Assembly (NCBI RefSeq): GCF_009914755.1
Contig: NC_060927.1
Strand: one strand, 5' to 3'
From: the human T2T-CHM13v2.0 reference genome, Homo sapiens
Length of the DNA stretch: 64,000 nucleotides
Shown: positions 14,946 to 30,905 of the stretch, piece by piece
Numbering within the stretch: position 1 is the first letter of the stretch
Layout: each line of letters begins with the position of its first letter
Position numbers and translations under genes: made by a program
The notes under the pieces: model-generated
Seen by the model: the letters and a program-made list of their open reading frames with translations, nothing else
Databases searched by the model: none
Told to the model about the DNA's origin: nothing

Positions 14946-16679
14946 ATTTCATCAGGAATGTCTGGTATGTGATGTGTGTGTAAGAAAACAGATTCTCTGC
15001 CAATGTAGACAATACTTATCATGGTACTTTTCGCAGTAATCATGACTCTGCTTCAGAATCCTTCTGAACACAGATACGTAGGTAGTTGTTTCCAACCTAA
15101 TGAAATTGATCTAAGATAAGAAACCTATTTGCCATATCCAGTGTCAACACAGCATTCAAGAAAGGGGTACCCTGTTATAGGTCATCCTCATTCTCTGGAT
15201 CTCAGTCCTCATTGATTTTATGATTTAAAGAGGCTTTGAGGATAATTGATCATGACTTATTTAAAGCATTGCTTTTTAAAGGGAAAAATGAATTTCAAGG
15301 TTCACCAATCAACTAACTGGTAGTTTCTCAAGAGAAATTAGCTGTTTCTTATTAGCAGTAGCAATAATAGAACCTGCTCTTTGGAAGATTATCTACATTT
15401 ATTTTTATTTGTTCTTAAGTTACATGCTTCAAGTTTATGTAAACTTGCTCAAAACATTAGTCAACAGATCTTGAAAATGAGATAAAAGTCAGAAGGAGCT
15501 ACGCTTTCAAAAGAAAACAGAGTGAGAATGCCTTCATCCAACCTTCATGGGAAGTCCTCTATAAGTTCTAAGTTCAGAAATTACACAAGGGCATAGACTT
15601 CATTTTCTTTCTACTTATCTTCAGTTTCAGCATAAAACTGCATTTCTTGAACTTGACTCCTTTGATCTGACTTCTGTCCATTTGGGCACAGCTGAATGAA
15701 TATACCTCTTCTCCTCTACAGTGATCCTTCAGCTCTTATTTTTCCCTCAAATCGTCTCTGCATCTCAGATCTTGAGTGTCTTTAAGAATTCCTATTTTAC
15801 CATGTAACATTATATTTCACACATCTGTATACTGATTTCTCTTCTTTAGAATCATTTCTAGTTTATTGATATTTCTTTGTGAGTTGTGAGAATCATAAAA
15901 TGTCTGGCACAAAATTGAGCCAGAGCATCACCACACTTATTCTGGAATATATACTTCTAAGAGAGCCTTAAAATTAAAGAAATAGCTTCTTTTTTTCATG
16001 TATCCATATCATAATATGTCCTCATATTGATCTCGTGGTCAATTAAACTCCTTAAAGCTTTCCATGTAGGGTGCTTTAAGCCACAGTGTCATTCCTGCAA
16101 TCCACAGATGGACTATTTAGACTCAAAAGTAAGTCATCATATTTGTCATTTTTATAGTTTGCAGGTCGCAAAAGTATAATGGGAATGAGTTGAGTCCTCT
16201 GCGAATTTTCAATTGAATTCACAGTCACTTTAAGCAATAGCTACTGCTTTTCTAAGAACTCACAAGTCAACCTTAAAAATACATTATTTTGGATTTTATC
16301 TGGCCTAGTGGCAAGTTTACTTGTATACACAGGTCATGTCTTCAAACTGTTAAGAGATGATAAGATCTGCAACAGTAGGAATTGTATCTGCTTAGTTTTC
16401 TGATGTATCCCTAGTAATAGCCCCTCACTCACATCTGTAGAATAAATTCGTTTATATGCAAGGCAGTTTCCATATAATAAATTATGTAATCCTTTTAACC
16501 ACTCTAAGAGGTAAGGCTATTTTTATTCCATTTTACAAATGAGGAAGTGAGCTATCTGCTTTCAAATTTCAGAGTGGATATTGATTGGTTACTAGAAATC
16601 AGCTATAACATGTATGTAGAAAACAAGAAACTATAGCCCAAGAAAGGGACAACCAAATTTTTTAAAAGAGATTATATTT

Positions 16680-16942
16680 TCTTTTTTTCCCCTTCCCCAT
16701 CCCTCTCCTCTCTCCATTCTTTCTAGTCTCTGTTTCTGTGAGATTGACTTTTTTTAGATACTTCATATAAATAAGATTATTTGTATTTGTATTTCTGCAA
16801 AAATTGCTAAAAGAATAGATTTTTAACATTCTCATCACAAAAAATTAAGTTGGTGGGGTGACGGATATGTTAATTAGCCTGACTGAATCTATAAAATATA
16901 ACTAGATCAAAATATCACATTGTACCCCATAAATATACACAC
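16680..16942. mobile_element. L1MA 3' end with inverted 5' part
   Basis: 16680-16797 reads as antisense L1M; 16798-16942 as sense L1MA 3'UTR (aaattgctaaaagaatagatttt...cacattgtaccccataaatatac). Confidence 0.65.
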
Positions 16943-17064
16943 CAAAGAGTTTTAATATAAACATTACAATATATTATCTTTAAAATCTTATCAAATTTTT
17001 GACCATTTGGTAGCACGTTAATTCTAGAAAATCCAAAAAGAATTAAAATACATAGCTTTATTTA

Positions 17065-17340
17065 CTTTTTCTTTATTAAAAAACTTTTATTTTAGGCTCA
17101 GGGGTTTGTTACGTAAGTAAATTGTGTGTTGCAGGGGTTTGGTATACGGATTATTTCATCACGCAAGTAATAAGCACAGCACCCAATAGGTAGTCTTTTG
17201 GTCTTCACCCTCCTCTCACCCTCCACCCTCAAGTAGACCCCTATATATGTTATTCCCTTCTTTGAGTTCATATGTGCTCATTGTTTAGCTCCGACTTCTC
17301 AGTGAGAACATGCTATATTTGATTTTCTGTTCCTGCATTT
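17065..17340 (-). mobile_element. L1PA15/16 3' end
   Basis: acttttattttaggctcaggggt...gattatttcatcac...ccctccaccctcaagtagaccc...gtgagaacatgc. Confidence 0.85.
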
Positions 17341-17419
17341 TCTTTGTGTACGAAGTATAGCTAGCTATTCATTCACCTAGCAAACAAATTTTGAGAATTT
17401 TTTTTTTCAAGAACGGTGC

Positions 17420-17675
17420 TGGGGTTACACAAATATAATTAGATAGAATGAGTAACACTAGTAGCTGATGACAGAACAGAGTAATTACAATCGACGATAA
17501 TTTTTTGTACATTTAAAAATATCTTGAATAATAGAATTGGATCGTCTGTAACATAAAGAAAGGATAAATGCTTGAGGTGATGGATACCCCGCTATTATTA
17601 TGCATCGTATGCCTGTATCAAAATGTCACATGTGCCTCATAAATATATACACCTACTTTGATAAAAAATTGTCTT
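17420..17675 (+). mobile_element. L1MA 3' end
   Basis: ttagatagaatgagtaa...aaggataaatgcttgaggtgatggatacccc...tatgcctgtatcaaaat. Confidence 0.85.
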
Positions 17676-18824
17676 AAAAAGATCTGTTCTGGGTAGTAGC
17701 AGGAATTTATCCCAAACAGCTGTCAATCATGCTCAAGTCACAACAACAAAATGTGTAAAAAAGTAAGCAGAAACTATGGGGATGAAGGACCACTCATATG
17801 CTTACGTAAGTGTTGAAAGAGACATAACCAAAAATGACAAACAGGTAATATAAAAAGAGAAAAGTGAGCAAAGGCCCAAATGATGGTTGCAATAATGAAA
17901 TCAGATTACGAAATGAAATGTGATAGGAACCCTAACGAACTGTATAAAAGCTGAGAGGTTGAGTGTCATTATGAGTCCTGGGTCAGGATTTTTTAGAAAG
18001 ATTCCATATTGATGAGAAAGCTATTGATGCTTTATTGTCTCATAAACAAAAGTGTGGCTAATCATGCATGCACAAATTAAGGCCATTTTTCATTCATGAG
18101 GATGGAATTAATTAACTGAAGTTAAGCAAGGTTTTCCATTGGTCTATTATGCATAGTTATGATTTGTATATATTCTCCATCCTTGATCTCAGAGAAAGTT
18201 GTTTCGTCACAGGACATCTCAAATTACAAAGATCTTTTTCGGATTTTTTTTTTTTTTTTTTTGCATCCAGACTATTTCCTTTTGTAATGTACACCAAACA
18301 ATGAACTCAAACAAATGCAAATGATCAGTTAAAGGGGTATGGTGTCTGACAGTTCTAAGGATAAAGCTCTATGGATAGTTGTAGCAATCTATAAAGCCTA
18401 TTTCAAATATTTAATGCCCATGTATTTACACACAGTTGGCATCCATCATTATATACTCCTACATTATTTGCCTTAATTTGACTTGCCCTAGTAAGAGTAA
18501 GCATGTGATATCAGTCGGTCCAAACAGACATTGGGAAGTTGCCTCACCAAATAATAAAAATCAGAATTGAAACATTCTTTTCAATCGTTCTATTCTTCAG
18601 ATGGTTCATTAATCTCAACTTCCATGACTATTTGTAATTCCAATCAGCAAGCAAGGGTAAATGTCAATTCTTGCTTTCTTAATTTCAGCCAGAACACCAA
18701 CTTTTACTCCCTACCCCTTAAACCTTCATACTTGCTAATAATAGGAGAATAATTTTGACCTCCTTGATTTCTGATGAAAAAGCAACTATTAATCTTACCC
18801 AGAATCCCTTGTACTTCATAACTC

Positions 18825-19162
18825 ACTTCCATCTTGCTGCCTTGAAGATTATTACTTGTTTTCGACTTTTTAACTATAACGCATCTAGTCTTGGATCTTT
18901 TTGGGTTCGAAGGCTTGGAATTTGTTGAGTTTCCTATATGTGTAGATTCATGTTTTTCATCAAATTTTGAATATTTTTGCCCATTATTTCTTTAAATTTT
19001 CTTTCTGCTGCTTTCTCTCCCCTCTACTTCTAGAAGTCTAATTATGTATATATTGGATACTTGGTGTCCCACAGGTTCCTGTGGCTCTGTGCATTTTTCT
19101 TCATTCTTGGTTCTTCTGTTCTCTGATGGATATTCCTAACTGACCCATTTTCAGGTTCACTG

Positions 19163-19219
<57 letters not shown>

Positions 19220-20560
19220 CAACTCAGATCTGCTGTCGAGCCTCTGTGGTGAATTTTTCCCTTCAGTTGTTATAATTCTCCACCCCAGATTTTCTATTTG
19301 TTTTTTTAAATAACTTCCATCTTTTATTTCTTAGGCACTTTCCTTTCCTTTAATTCTTTAAATATGATTTTATTTCGTGTTTTGAACATATTTATAATAG
19401 CTCATTAAAAGACTTCGACTAGTAAGTCCAACGTCTGAGCTTCTTCAGGGATCTTTCCTTTTGACTGCTTTATTTCCTGTTTATGGGGCATAATTTCATT
19501 CTTTGTTAAACAATGGATAAATTAAATAATTTGATGTGACAACTCTGGAAATTATATTCATCCCCTTCAGTGTGTGTTATGTTTTTGGTTATTGTTGTTG
19601 TTATAGAAGATGTATGTTTAATGACTTTCCTGGGCTACTTACATAAAGTATGTATTTTTTGTCATATGCCACTGAAGTCTCAGCTCAATTAGCTCAATGG
19701 TCAGCTAATCATTGGACACATATTTTCTTCACTGCCTTGGATGAATATATCTCTGCCTTTGCCAAGAGACTCTGTGTGTGCTTGAGAACACGTTCAAAGC
19801 TCAACAGATTATAACTCTGCCTTTGCCTTCACTCTTTTTGTGCAGAGCTTCAAGGTCAGCCAAACCTGAGAGATTAGGGCCTTCTCAGGACTTTGCTGGG
19901 CATGTGCATAGCCCTCCATATATGCACAACCTTTGATATCATCCAAAATATGCCAGAGCTTTATAAAGTCCCATATAACATCTCATTTCTCAGTTTTTCT
20001 TTTTAAGTTTTCTTGAGCAATGTATTATTTACTGTTACTGGTATTGCTGTTTCAGGCTGCTGCAAGGTTAAGCAATTGCTCCTGATTATTTTCAACAAAC
20101 ACCCCAGGGGTAAGTATTTTCCTGTGGAATAAACTTGGAATCAATTAAATAAATGCAAGCCAAGAAAATGGAGCTTTTCCAGAGAGCTATCAGATAGGTC
20201 AAGTAGTAATACTTCTCTAGGCATGTAATTTTTAGGGGAGTTTTGGACCAATTCTGTTCCTCTTGTTCCTGCTAGGTCAGTAGTTTTCATATACCATGTT
20301 TCCAAAGCTACTGATTTTCAAGGCTACCAAAGAGGTGGGGGTAGGGAGATATATAAACAGGGCAAGGTAAAATGCCATAATGTATTTGCTATTCGTAATT
20401 AGATTCAGCTGTTTTTCCTGAATAACAATTTATATTATTGTTGTAAGATTTTGATAAATTTTCTGAGTTCTGAAAAAGTTGAATTTTCCTATTTTTGTAA
20501 GTGTTCTTGTTACGAAAAAGCAGATTTTTGGAGGGCCTTACTATGCCATTCCAGAAGTAT
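18825..20560 (-). mobile_element. Old L1M (L1MC/MD-like) 5'UTR plus ORF1 region
   Basis: T-rich antisense L1M ORF1 pattern (catgtttttcatcaaatttt..gtcccacaggttcctgtggctctgt); 5' terminus ccttactatgccattccagaagt. Confidence 0.75.
19165..19217. repeat. Pure T53 homopolymer
   Basis: 53 consecutive T counted directly. Confidence 0.95.
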
Positions 20561-21828
20561 TTCTAGTTTGCTTTTTTATTTTTGTATTAGATCAATTTAG
20601 ATTAATTTTTATTGTTCTTGGTGTATGGCTTTTTTAGGCACCTTATTTAATATTTTCACCATCATTTGATGTAGAAGTTAATTTAATTTTAAAAATTTTT
20701 GTGTATACTAATATAAAATATCATATATAAGATCTGATATTGTATGATTTATAATGAATATAGATTTTTTTACAATGACAATTTTAAATATCCAGAAAAA
20801 AAAGCTTGACAATAGAATAATGAGATACAGCAAAGTCAAAAAAATTTGAAAGTGGCAAAATAAAGTTCAGAACATTTTGAATCATATAAAATAATAATAT
20901 TCATTTTAATAGAAATATTTAGATACCTAGGGAAAAACACAAAAGGTAAAATAATTACTATGATGCATCATTATTTTTCTTGAGAAAATACACATCAAAC
21001 ATCATTTGGTAAAATGGAATCAACTACATGTAAGACAGAGTGAAAAAAATAATGAAGACAATGCTGCTTATCATGCATGAGGTAGGGATGGTAATATAAG
21101 TTAGTTCATGTCTTATAGCTGTTATTAGTTTAGTGTCACATTATGCTGCATCTAATTTTAGTGTTTAAAGACAGTGCTGGAAAACTCCATTTTGCAAGAC
21201 CATTCTTTTCTATGTGTATGTGGTACATGTAAACATTCCTATTTCCATACAGAATTGCATATATAATACTAGATATAGTAGGTTGAATAGATACCCCCAA
21301 ATCAATCTCCACCAAAACCCTCAGAATGTCACCTTATTTGGAAATAGAGTCTTTGCAGATGTAGTTATTTAAGATGAGGTTATATGATTATTGGCAGCGG
21401 TGGGAGCTCAAAATCCAAAGACTAATGTCCTTATAAGAAGAAGAGAGGACAAATAGGGATATGCACAAAGAAGAAGGCCATGCAAAAATGGAGTCAGAGG
21501 GTGGAGTGATGCAGATACAAACTAAGGAAAAATAAGGATTGCTGGGAACCACTAGAAACAAAGAAAAGAAAATATTCTTCCCTTTCATGCCTTTTTCAGA
21601 GGGAGCATGACCCTGATGATATGTTGCTTTTAGCCTTTTTGTTGGGAGCAAGCCCCCCAAAATCTGGCCATAAACTGGCCCCAAAACTGGCCATGAACAG
21701 AATCTCTGCAGCACTGTGACATGTTCATGATGGCCATAACGCCCACGCTGGAAGATTGTGGGTTTACAGGAATGAGGGCAAGGAACATCTGGCCCCCCCA
21801 GGGTGGAAAACCGCTTAAAGGCATTCTT

Positions 21829-25463
<3,635 letters not shown>

Positions 25464-26118
25464 CTTAAAGGCATTCTTAAGCCATAAACAATAGCATGAG
25501 CGATCTCTGCCTTAAGGACATGCTCCTGCTGCAGTTAACTAGCCGAACCTATTCCTTTAATTCGGCCCATCCCTTTGTTTCCCATAAGGGATACTTTTAG
25601 GTAATCGAATATCTATAGAAACAATGCTAATGACTGGCTTGCTGTTAATAGATACGTGGGTAAATCTCTGTTTGGGGCTCTCAGCTCTGAATGCTGTGAG
25701 ACCCCTGATTTCCCACTTCACATCTCTAGATTTCTGTGTGTGTGTCTTTAATTTCTCTAGTACCACTGGGTTAGGGTGTCCCCTAACCCAAGCTGGTCTC
25801 GGCACTTTTAGCCTCCAGAACTGTGAAATAATAAATTTCTGTTGTTTTATACCACCCAGCTTGTGGCACTTTGTTACAGCAGCCTTAGGAAACAAACACA
25901 CCAGTATTCTATATTTTATGAGAAATTTAAGGCATTCTCAAAGGTAAATTGTAATGGGCGCAATTTGGCACTATTTTTACCTTAGGCACTGACTTAAAAC
26001 TGTCCCCTTACAAGAGCTAGAATGTGACTTCATAACACAAAAATATTATAGTTCTAAATTCAATAAAAAATTTAAACTATTTAAAATGAAAGTAACAAAA
26101 TTTGATCTATATCACTGG

Positions 26119-26600
26119 TGATAAAGGAGAGGGAAAAGCTTAACCTCTACTCTCTGAAGTTTTGATAACTGAGTGTATAAAATAAACTAGTAGATTAATA
26201 GGAGGAAAAAACATTTTAATTATGTGGATATACGCATTGGAGTTACACAAAATATTGAAGGAAGAAAGGACAGAGGGCTGAAGTTTTTATAGCATTCATA
26301 TAGGGACCTGAGGCTTCTGTGGGGAGGTGGTGACACATTATGGGAGGGTGAGAGGAGGAAATGCAGTGTGAACAAAGGTTATCTGGGTTAAGGGAAGGTA
26401 TGGATCTTTAGTGTAGTCCTTGTGATGCTTCATTTTCCCTGGTTGATGAGATTCCAGAGAGGGGCAAATGAGTTCCTTTCAGATAAGAGAACTCAGAGAA
26501 GGCCCTTCTTTGTGTTGGCTGTTCCCTAAATTCTCTTAGATTGAAATAATCAGCATACCAAAGCAGTATGTTTTGAAGTGGTATGTCCTGGATTCCTTCA
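26119..26600 (-). mobile_element. MER34-like ERV1 solo LTR
   Basis: tgataaagg...ataactgagtgtataaaataaact..agattaataggagg...aaataatcagcataccaaag..atgtcctggattccttca. Confidence 0.7.
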
Positions 26601-27094
26601 GTGATATCATTCAAATGCTCTGGCCTTCAATTTCTTGATTGAGAAAATGGCACATTATGTGGTAATCAATTATAGCTATTTCTCAATATGTGCAGAGAAG
26701 TTTGTATTAATTCCTCCTATGAAATTTAGTCTGTTACTTGAGGTTGTAAGGTCTTTAAGTCAACGAAACTTATTTTATTCTCTTTTGTGTCAAACAGAAT
26801 AATATCTTTTCTGTGTTTCTCAAGCACCCAGATACTGTTTAAACGTTATTAGACTTTCAAAACTTTCTTGAAAGAATATCTGCTTAATGCAAGAGAAGTA
26901 TTAATTTTAAAGCTTAAGAAGAAAAAAAAAAAGGACTGTTCAACTGTCAAAATCTAAATCTTACATCTTTGGGAACTGGAGCTCAGTGAGGTTATAGGCA
27001 CAGTGAAGCTATACTCCAGGTCTTTAGATCTCTCATCCCATAAACATTGCTTTTCCTGTTAGAAGAGTTTCTAGCAGGCTTTGCACAATTGGCA

Positions 27095-27320
27095 AAATGG
27101 TTAAGATGGTAGGCTTCTACGGGCATTTCCTGGGTTCAAATCATGGCTCTGTCACATACTTTGTGACCTCAGGAATTAACATATTCTCCCTGGGACTCAG
27201 CTTCCTCATTTGTAGAATGGATTTAATAATCACAACCCACATCACAGGATTGTAAAGAGGATTAAATGGGTTAAGGCATATAATGGGTACATAATAGGGC
27301 TCAATAATGTTAGTGGCCAT
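27095..27320 (+). mobile_element. MIR
   Basis: cctgggttcaaatcatggctctgtcac..ctcagcttcctcatttgtagaatgg..gaggattaaatg. Confidence 0.85.
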
Positions 27321-27423
27321 AATAATTACAATCAAACATTTGTTGTACCTTTGTAAATAGCTGCTATGTAACGCACTTTGTGATCTGATTTAGCGTATCT
27401 TTCCTTTACTGCTTCAGGTAGAC

Positions 27424-27949
27424 CCAAGGTTTGTCAACCTAGGCACTAATGACACTCTAGGATGGATAGTTTTGGGGAGCTATCCTGTGCATTGTAGAAT
27501 GTTTAGCAGCATTTCTGGTCTCTACCCACTATTTACCATTAGCACAACCCTTTCCCCCACAGTGTGACAACCAAAAACATCTCCTTACATTGCCAAATAT
27601 CCTGAGGGAAAACATCACTTTTTTTTTTTTTTTAAGACAAGAGTCTCACTCTGTTGCCCAGGCTGAGTTGAGTGCAATGATGTGATCGTGTCTCACTACA
27701 GCCTCCACCTCCCTGGTTCAACCAAGCCTCCTATCTCAGCCCCCAGAGTAGCTGGGACTACAGGCATGCGCCACCATGCCTGGTTAACTTTTAATTTTTT
27801 GTAGAGACAGAATCTTGTTACGTTTGCCAGGCTGAACTTCAACCCCCTGTTCTCAAGCAATCCTCCTACCTTGGCCCCATAAAGTGCTGGGATTGCAGGC
27901 ATGAGCCACTGCATCCTACTGAAACATCACTTTTGATTAAGAATCACTG
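27424..27949 (+). mobile_element. MER20 hAT MITE interrupted by AluJ
   Basis: tcaacctaggcactaatgac..tcctgtgcattgtagaatgtttagcagcat..gtgacaaccaaaaac..ttaagaatcactg. Confidence 0.9.
27623..27921 (-). mobile_element. AluJ
   Basis: Diverged Alu; TSD aaacatcactttt 27610-27622 / 27922-27934. Confidence 0.92.
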
Positions 27950-28274
27950 TTCCAGCCTTCAAGTCCATTGAGAGTTGGTTTAATGTCACTTTGTTAACTT
28001 CCAGTTATCTGATTTCATGCCCCTGTATAAATACAATATTTTATAATTTGACATATTAAGTAATAATCAATGTGTGTCCTATTTGGAAATAAAATATTAG
28101 AGTATGTAATAAAGGAGATAAGCCACTACTATCACTTCACCACAACCTATATCTGGTACCTTGCTCAGTGCTTGGCATGTGAGAAAAGTTCATGAATGAT
28201 GATTAAATGGAATGAATGTTGATGGGAGAAATTGTTCTCCTTATTGAAAAGAGTGAAACACTTCCTCCTGCGCG

Positions 28275-28460
28275 TTAAATCTTTATCATGTACAAGGCAC
28301 TGTACTAAATGCCTTACATACATTATAACAACTCTTAATTACTCTCTAGTGGCAAAATTCCATTTTATAAAAAAGGAAACTGAGATTTAGTTCAAAGTCA
28401 CACAACTAGCAAGAGACAGGAGCAAGATTTGAGTGCGTATCTTCCTAAATCCCCACCTAT
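28275..28460 (-). mobile_element. MIR
   Basis: aaggcactgtactaaatgc..cattttata..ggaaactgag..aagtcacacaactagcaag. Confidence 0.7.
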
Positions 28461-29959
28461 GTTTTTAATAACAGGATGCCCTTTGATACCATTGAGTTAA
28501 AATTAATAGTCCTAGAATGAATAGAATTACCTCTTATAGTATCAAGCTTTTGAGATTATTTCCTAAGACCATACAAGCATACTGGAAAGTTTTAAATCTG
28601 AATAAATACAATAGGAACTAATAAAAGCATCTGAGGATGGCTTTGAAAAACAATTTTACAGGTACAGATGAGGAAAAGCTATGAGGTAACTCCCCAAAAG
28701 CATTTATTCATCAGTTGCCAGCTGAGACCAACTTATCTTACTTGACATGCATCTCATCACCTCTACTCATGCTTGTAGATCTCATTTCAGAATAGTGTGT
28801 TGGCAGTGAAAAGTAAGTCTCAAAAAGATTTATGATGTCATTAATCAATACTCAGTGCCATAGAGCAAATAAACCACAAACACGCTGAATCTGCTAGCTC
28901 AGTTGTCTTCAATACTGTCAAGTCGAAGTGACTGAGACCTGTGTAGGCTCATTGTAGGGTTGAGTGTGTGTACACAAGTGCACATATATCAATAGAATCC
29001 AATCTAGAAAAATTAAGAGCTATGGAATAATGAATAACTTACCACTCTTCTCAGACATTTCTGATCACAGTATAACTTCAGGACACTGAAGGGTATAAGT
29101 TATTCCCCAAATATTGCATTCCATTTAAGATTTTTTTTCTATCCCTATAGTAAATCAGAACTTGCTTATAAATAAATTACATTCTAGAATTCCATTTTAA
29201 GGCTTTTGTTTCTATGTTAGAAGACATTTTTCACTTTACAATGATAGGTCATTTTTACAATTAGTCTATACAACTCTATTTAAGTCTTAATGCATCTGAC
29301 ATATATATAGCATTATTTCAATTATAGCCAAATGTTTTGTTTTTATTTAACAATACATATGAAATTTTTGGAAAGCAGATTTTACTTCCTTAATGGTGAT
29401 GACTCCACTGGAAGTTTCAGGGTCAAGGATTCCACCAGTAACACAGTGTAGAGGAAGATAATGTTACTGAACATCAATAAATTCTGTCATCTTTTTAAGT
29501 CAGGTGAAACTCATTAAATATCTATCCTATGTTGAACATACTGATCCTGTACTCTAGATGCCCCCAGCTTAAAACAGGGAGCTTATATAAGTATAGATAA
29601 CTGCAGTAGAGTGAGTTAAGAATAGCATAGACTAAATACAAGTTATGAGTTATATAGAGAGGAGAGGGGAACATGGGGATGAGAGAATGGGATTTAGAAA
29701 GGGCTTCACCCAGGATATTTTTGAGCTGCATATATGAGCTCACATATGTAGGTCATATTTAGGAGATTTGATCTGGAAAACAAAAGACAGGTATTCTACT
29801 CACTCGTGAAATTTGATTAACTCACCTATAATTCTAATATTTCTCAGGGAATCTGGTTGTTAATCACATACCATAATTATGAGCTCTAATATTATAATTG
29901 CATTCCTTTTGTTTGAGTCTACAGCCTGGGAAATTATCTTTTGGAATTCATATAAATAA

Positions 29960-30190
29960 AACAATCATAATGGCCAACAGTTGAGCACTTACTTGCACAT
30001 CGTTCTAAGGATTTTAGATGTATTTTCTCATTTAATTATCGCAACTTGCTTATGGGGTGAACTCTATTGTATTCATTTTTTAAATAAAGAAAATGACACA
30101 CAGAAAGTTCAATAACTTTCCTAAACTGACAAAGATGGGATTTGGACCCAGTCTGTCTACTCCTAGACGTAGTTTTTGCTATAATTTCAT
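29960..30190 (-). mobile_element. MIR
   Basis: ttgagcacttac..ctcatttaatt..cacagaaagttcaataacttt..gggatttggacccagtctgtct. Confidence 0.7.
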
Positions 30191-30334
30191 ACTGCTTCCA
30201 GACAATTAAAATAATAATTTAACTGACATTTAGTATTTTCCCTAATGGCTATTTTACCTGAATTCTAACTTCACATTGCCATCAAGGAGATTTAACCCAG
30301 ACAGGTCTGTTAAAATTACCCCTGCCTTTGTATC

Positions 30335-30905
30335 TGCTACATAGCCCATGACCCAGCAATTCCACTTTTGGGATTATACTCCTTAAACTGATGTGCTGAT
30401 ACATTTAATAAAAGACATATACTCAGTGATCCACAGCAGCATCATTTGTAATACCCTCCTATCAGAAAATAACAAAATGCCTTTCCATATCAGAAAGTAT
30501 AAATAACCTGTGGAACACTCACATAATGCAAAGCTTTACAGAAAGGAGAGTGAATGATTGACAACTATACTTAATATGGATGAATCTCCCAATGTTCAGC
30601 AACATAAATAAACACAAAAGTATATACACCATGTGAACCCCTGTATATAAAGTAGAAAAATGGGCAAACCAAACTATGTTGTTAAAAGTCAGAAGACTGG
30701 TTATCCTTGGTCAATAATGTGGCTGGAAGATAGCTTGGGGGTACTTTTAGGGAGACTGATAATGTAACTTTTATTAAACCTATGGGTGATGGTTATATGG
30801 ATGTATTTACTTTGAGAAAACATGTTCTTCAATTATGACATGTATACTGTGCGTGTGTGTGTGTATATATATATATATATAAAATACTTCAATAAAATTT
30901 TCAAA
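30335..30905 (+). mobile_element. L1ME 3' end containing a (GT)n(TA)n microsatellite
   Basis: catagcccatgacccagcaattccactt...atggatgaatctc...tgggtgatggttatatgg...tacttcaataaaa. Confidence 0.8.
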
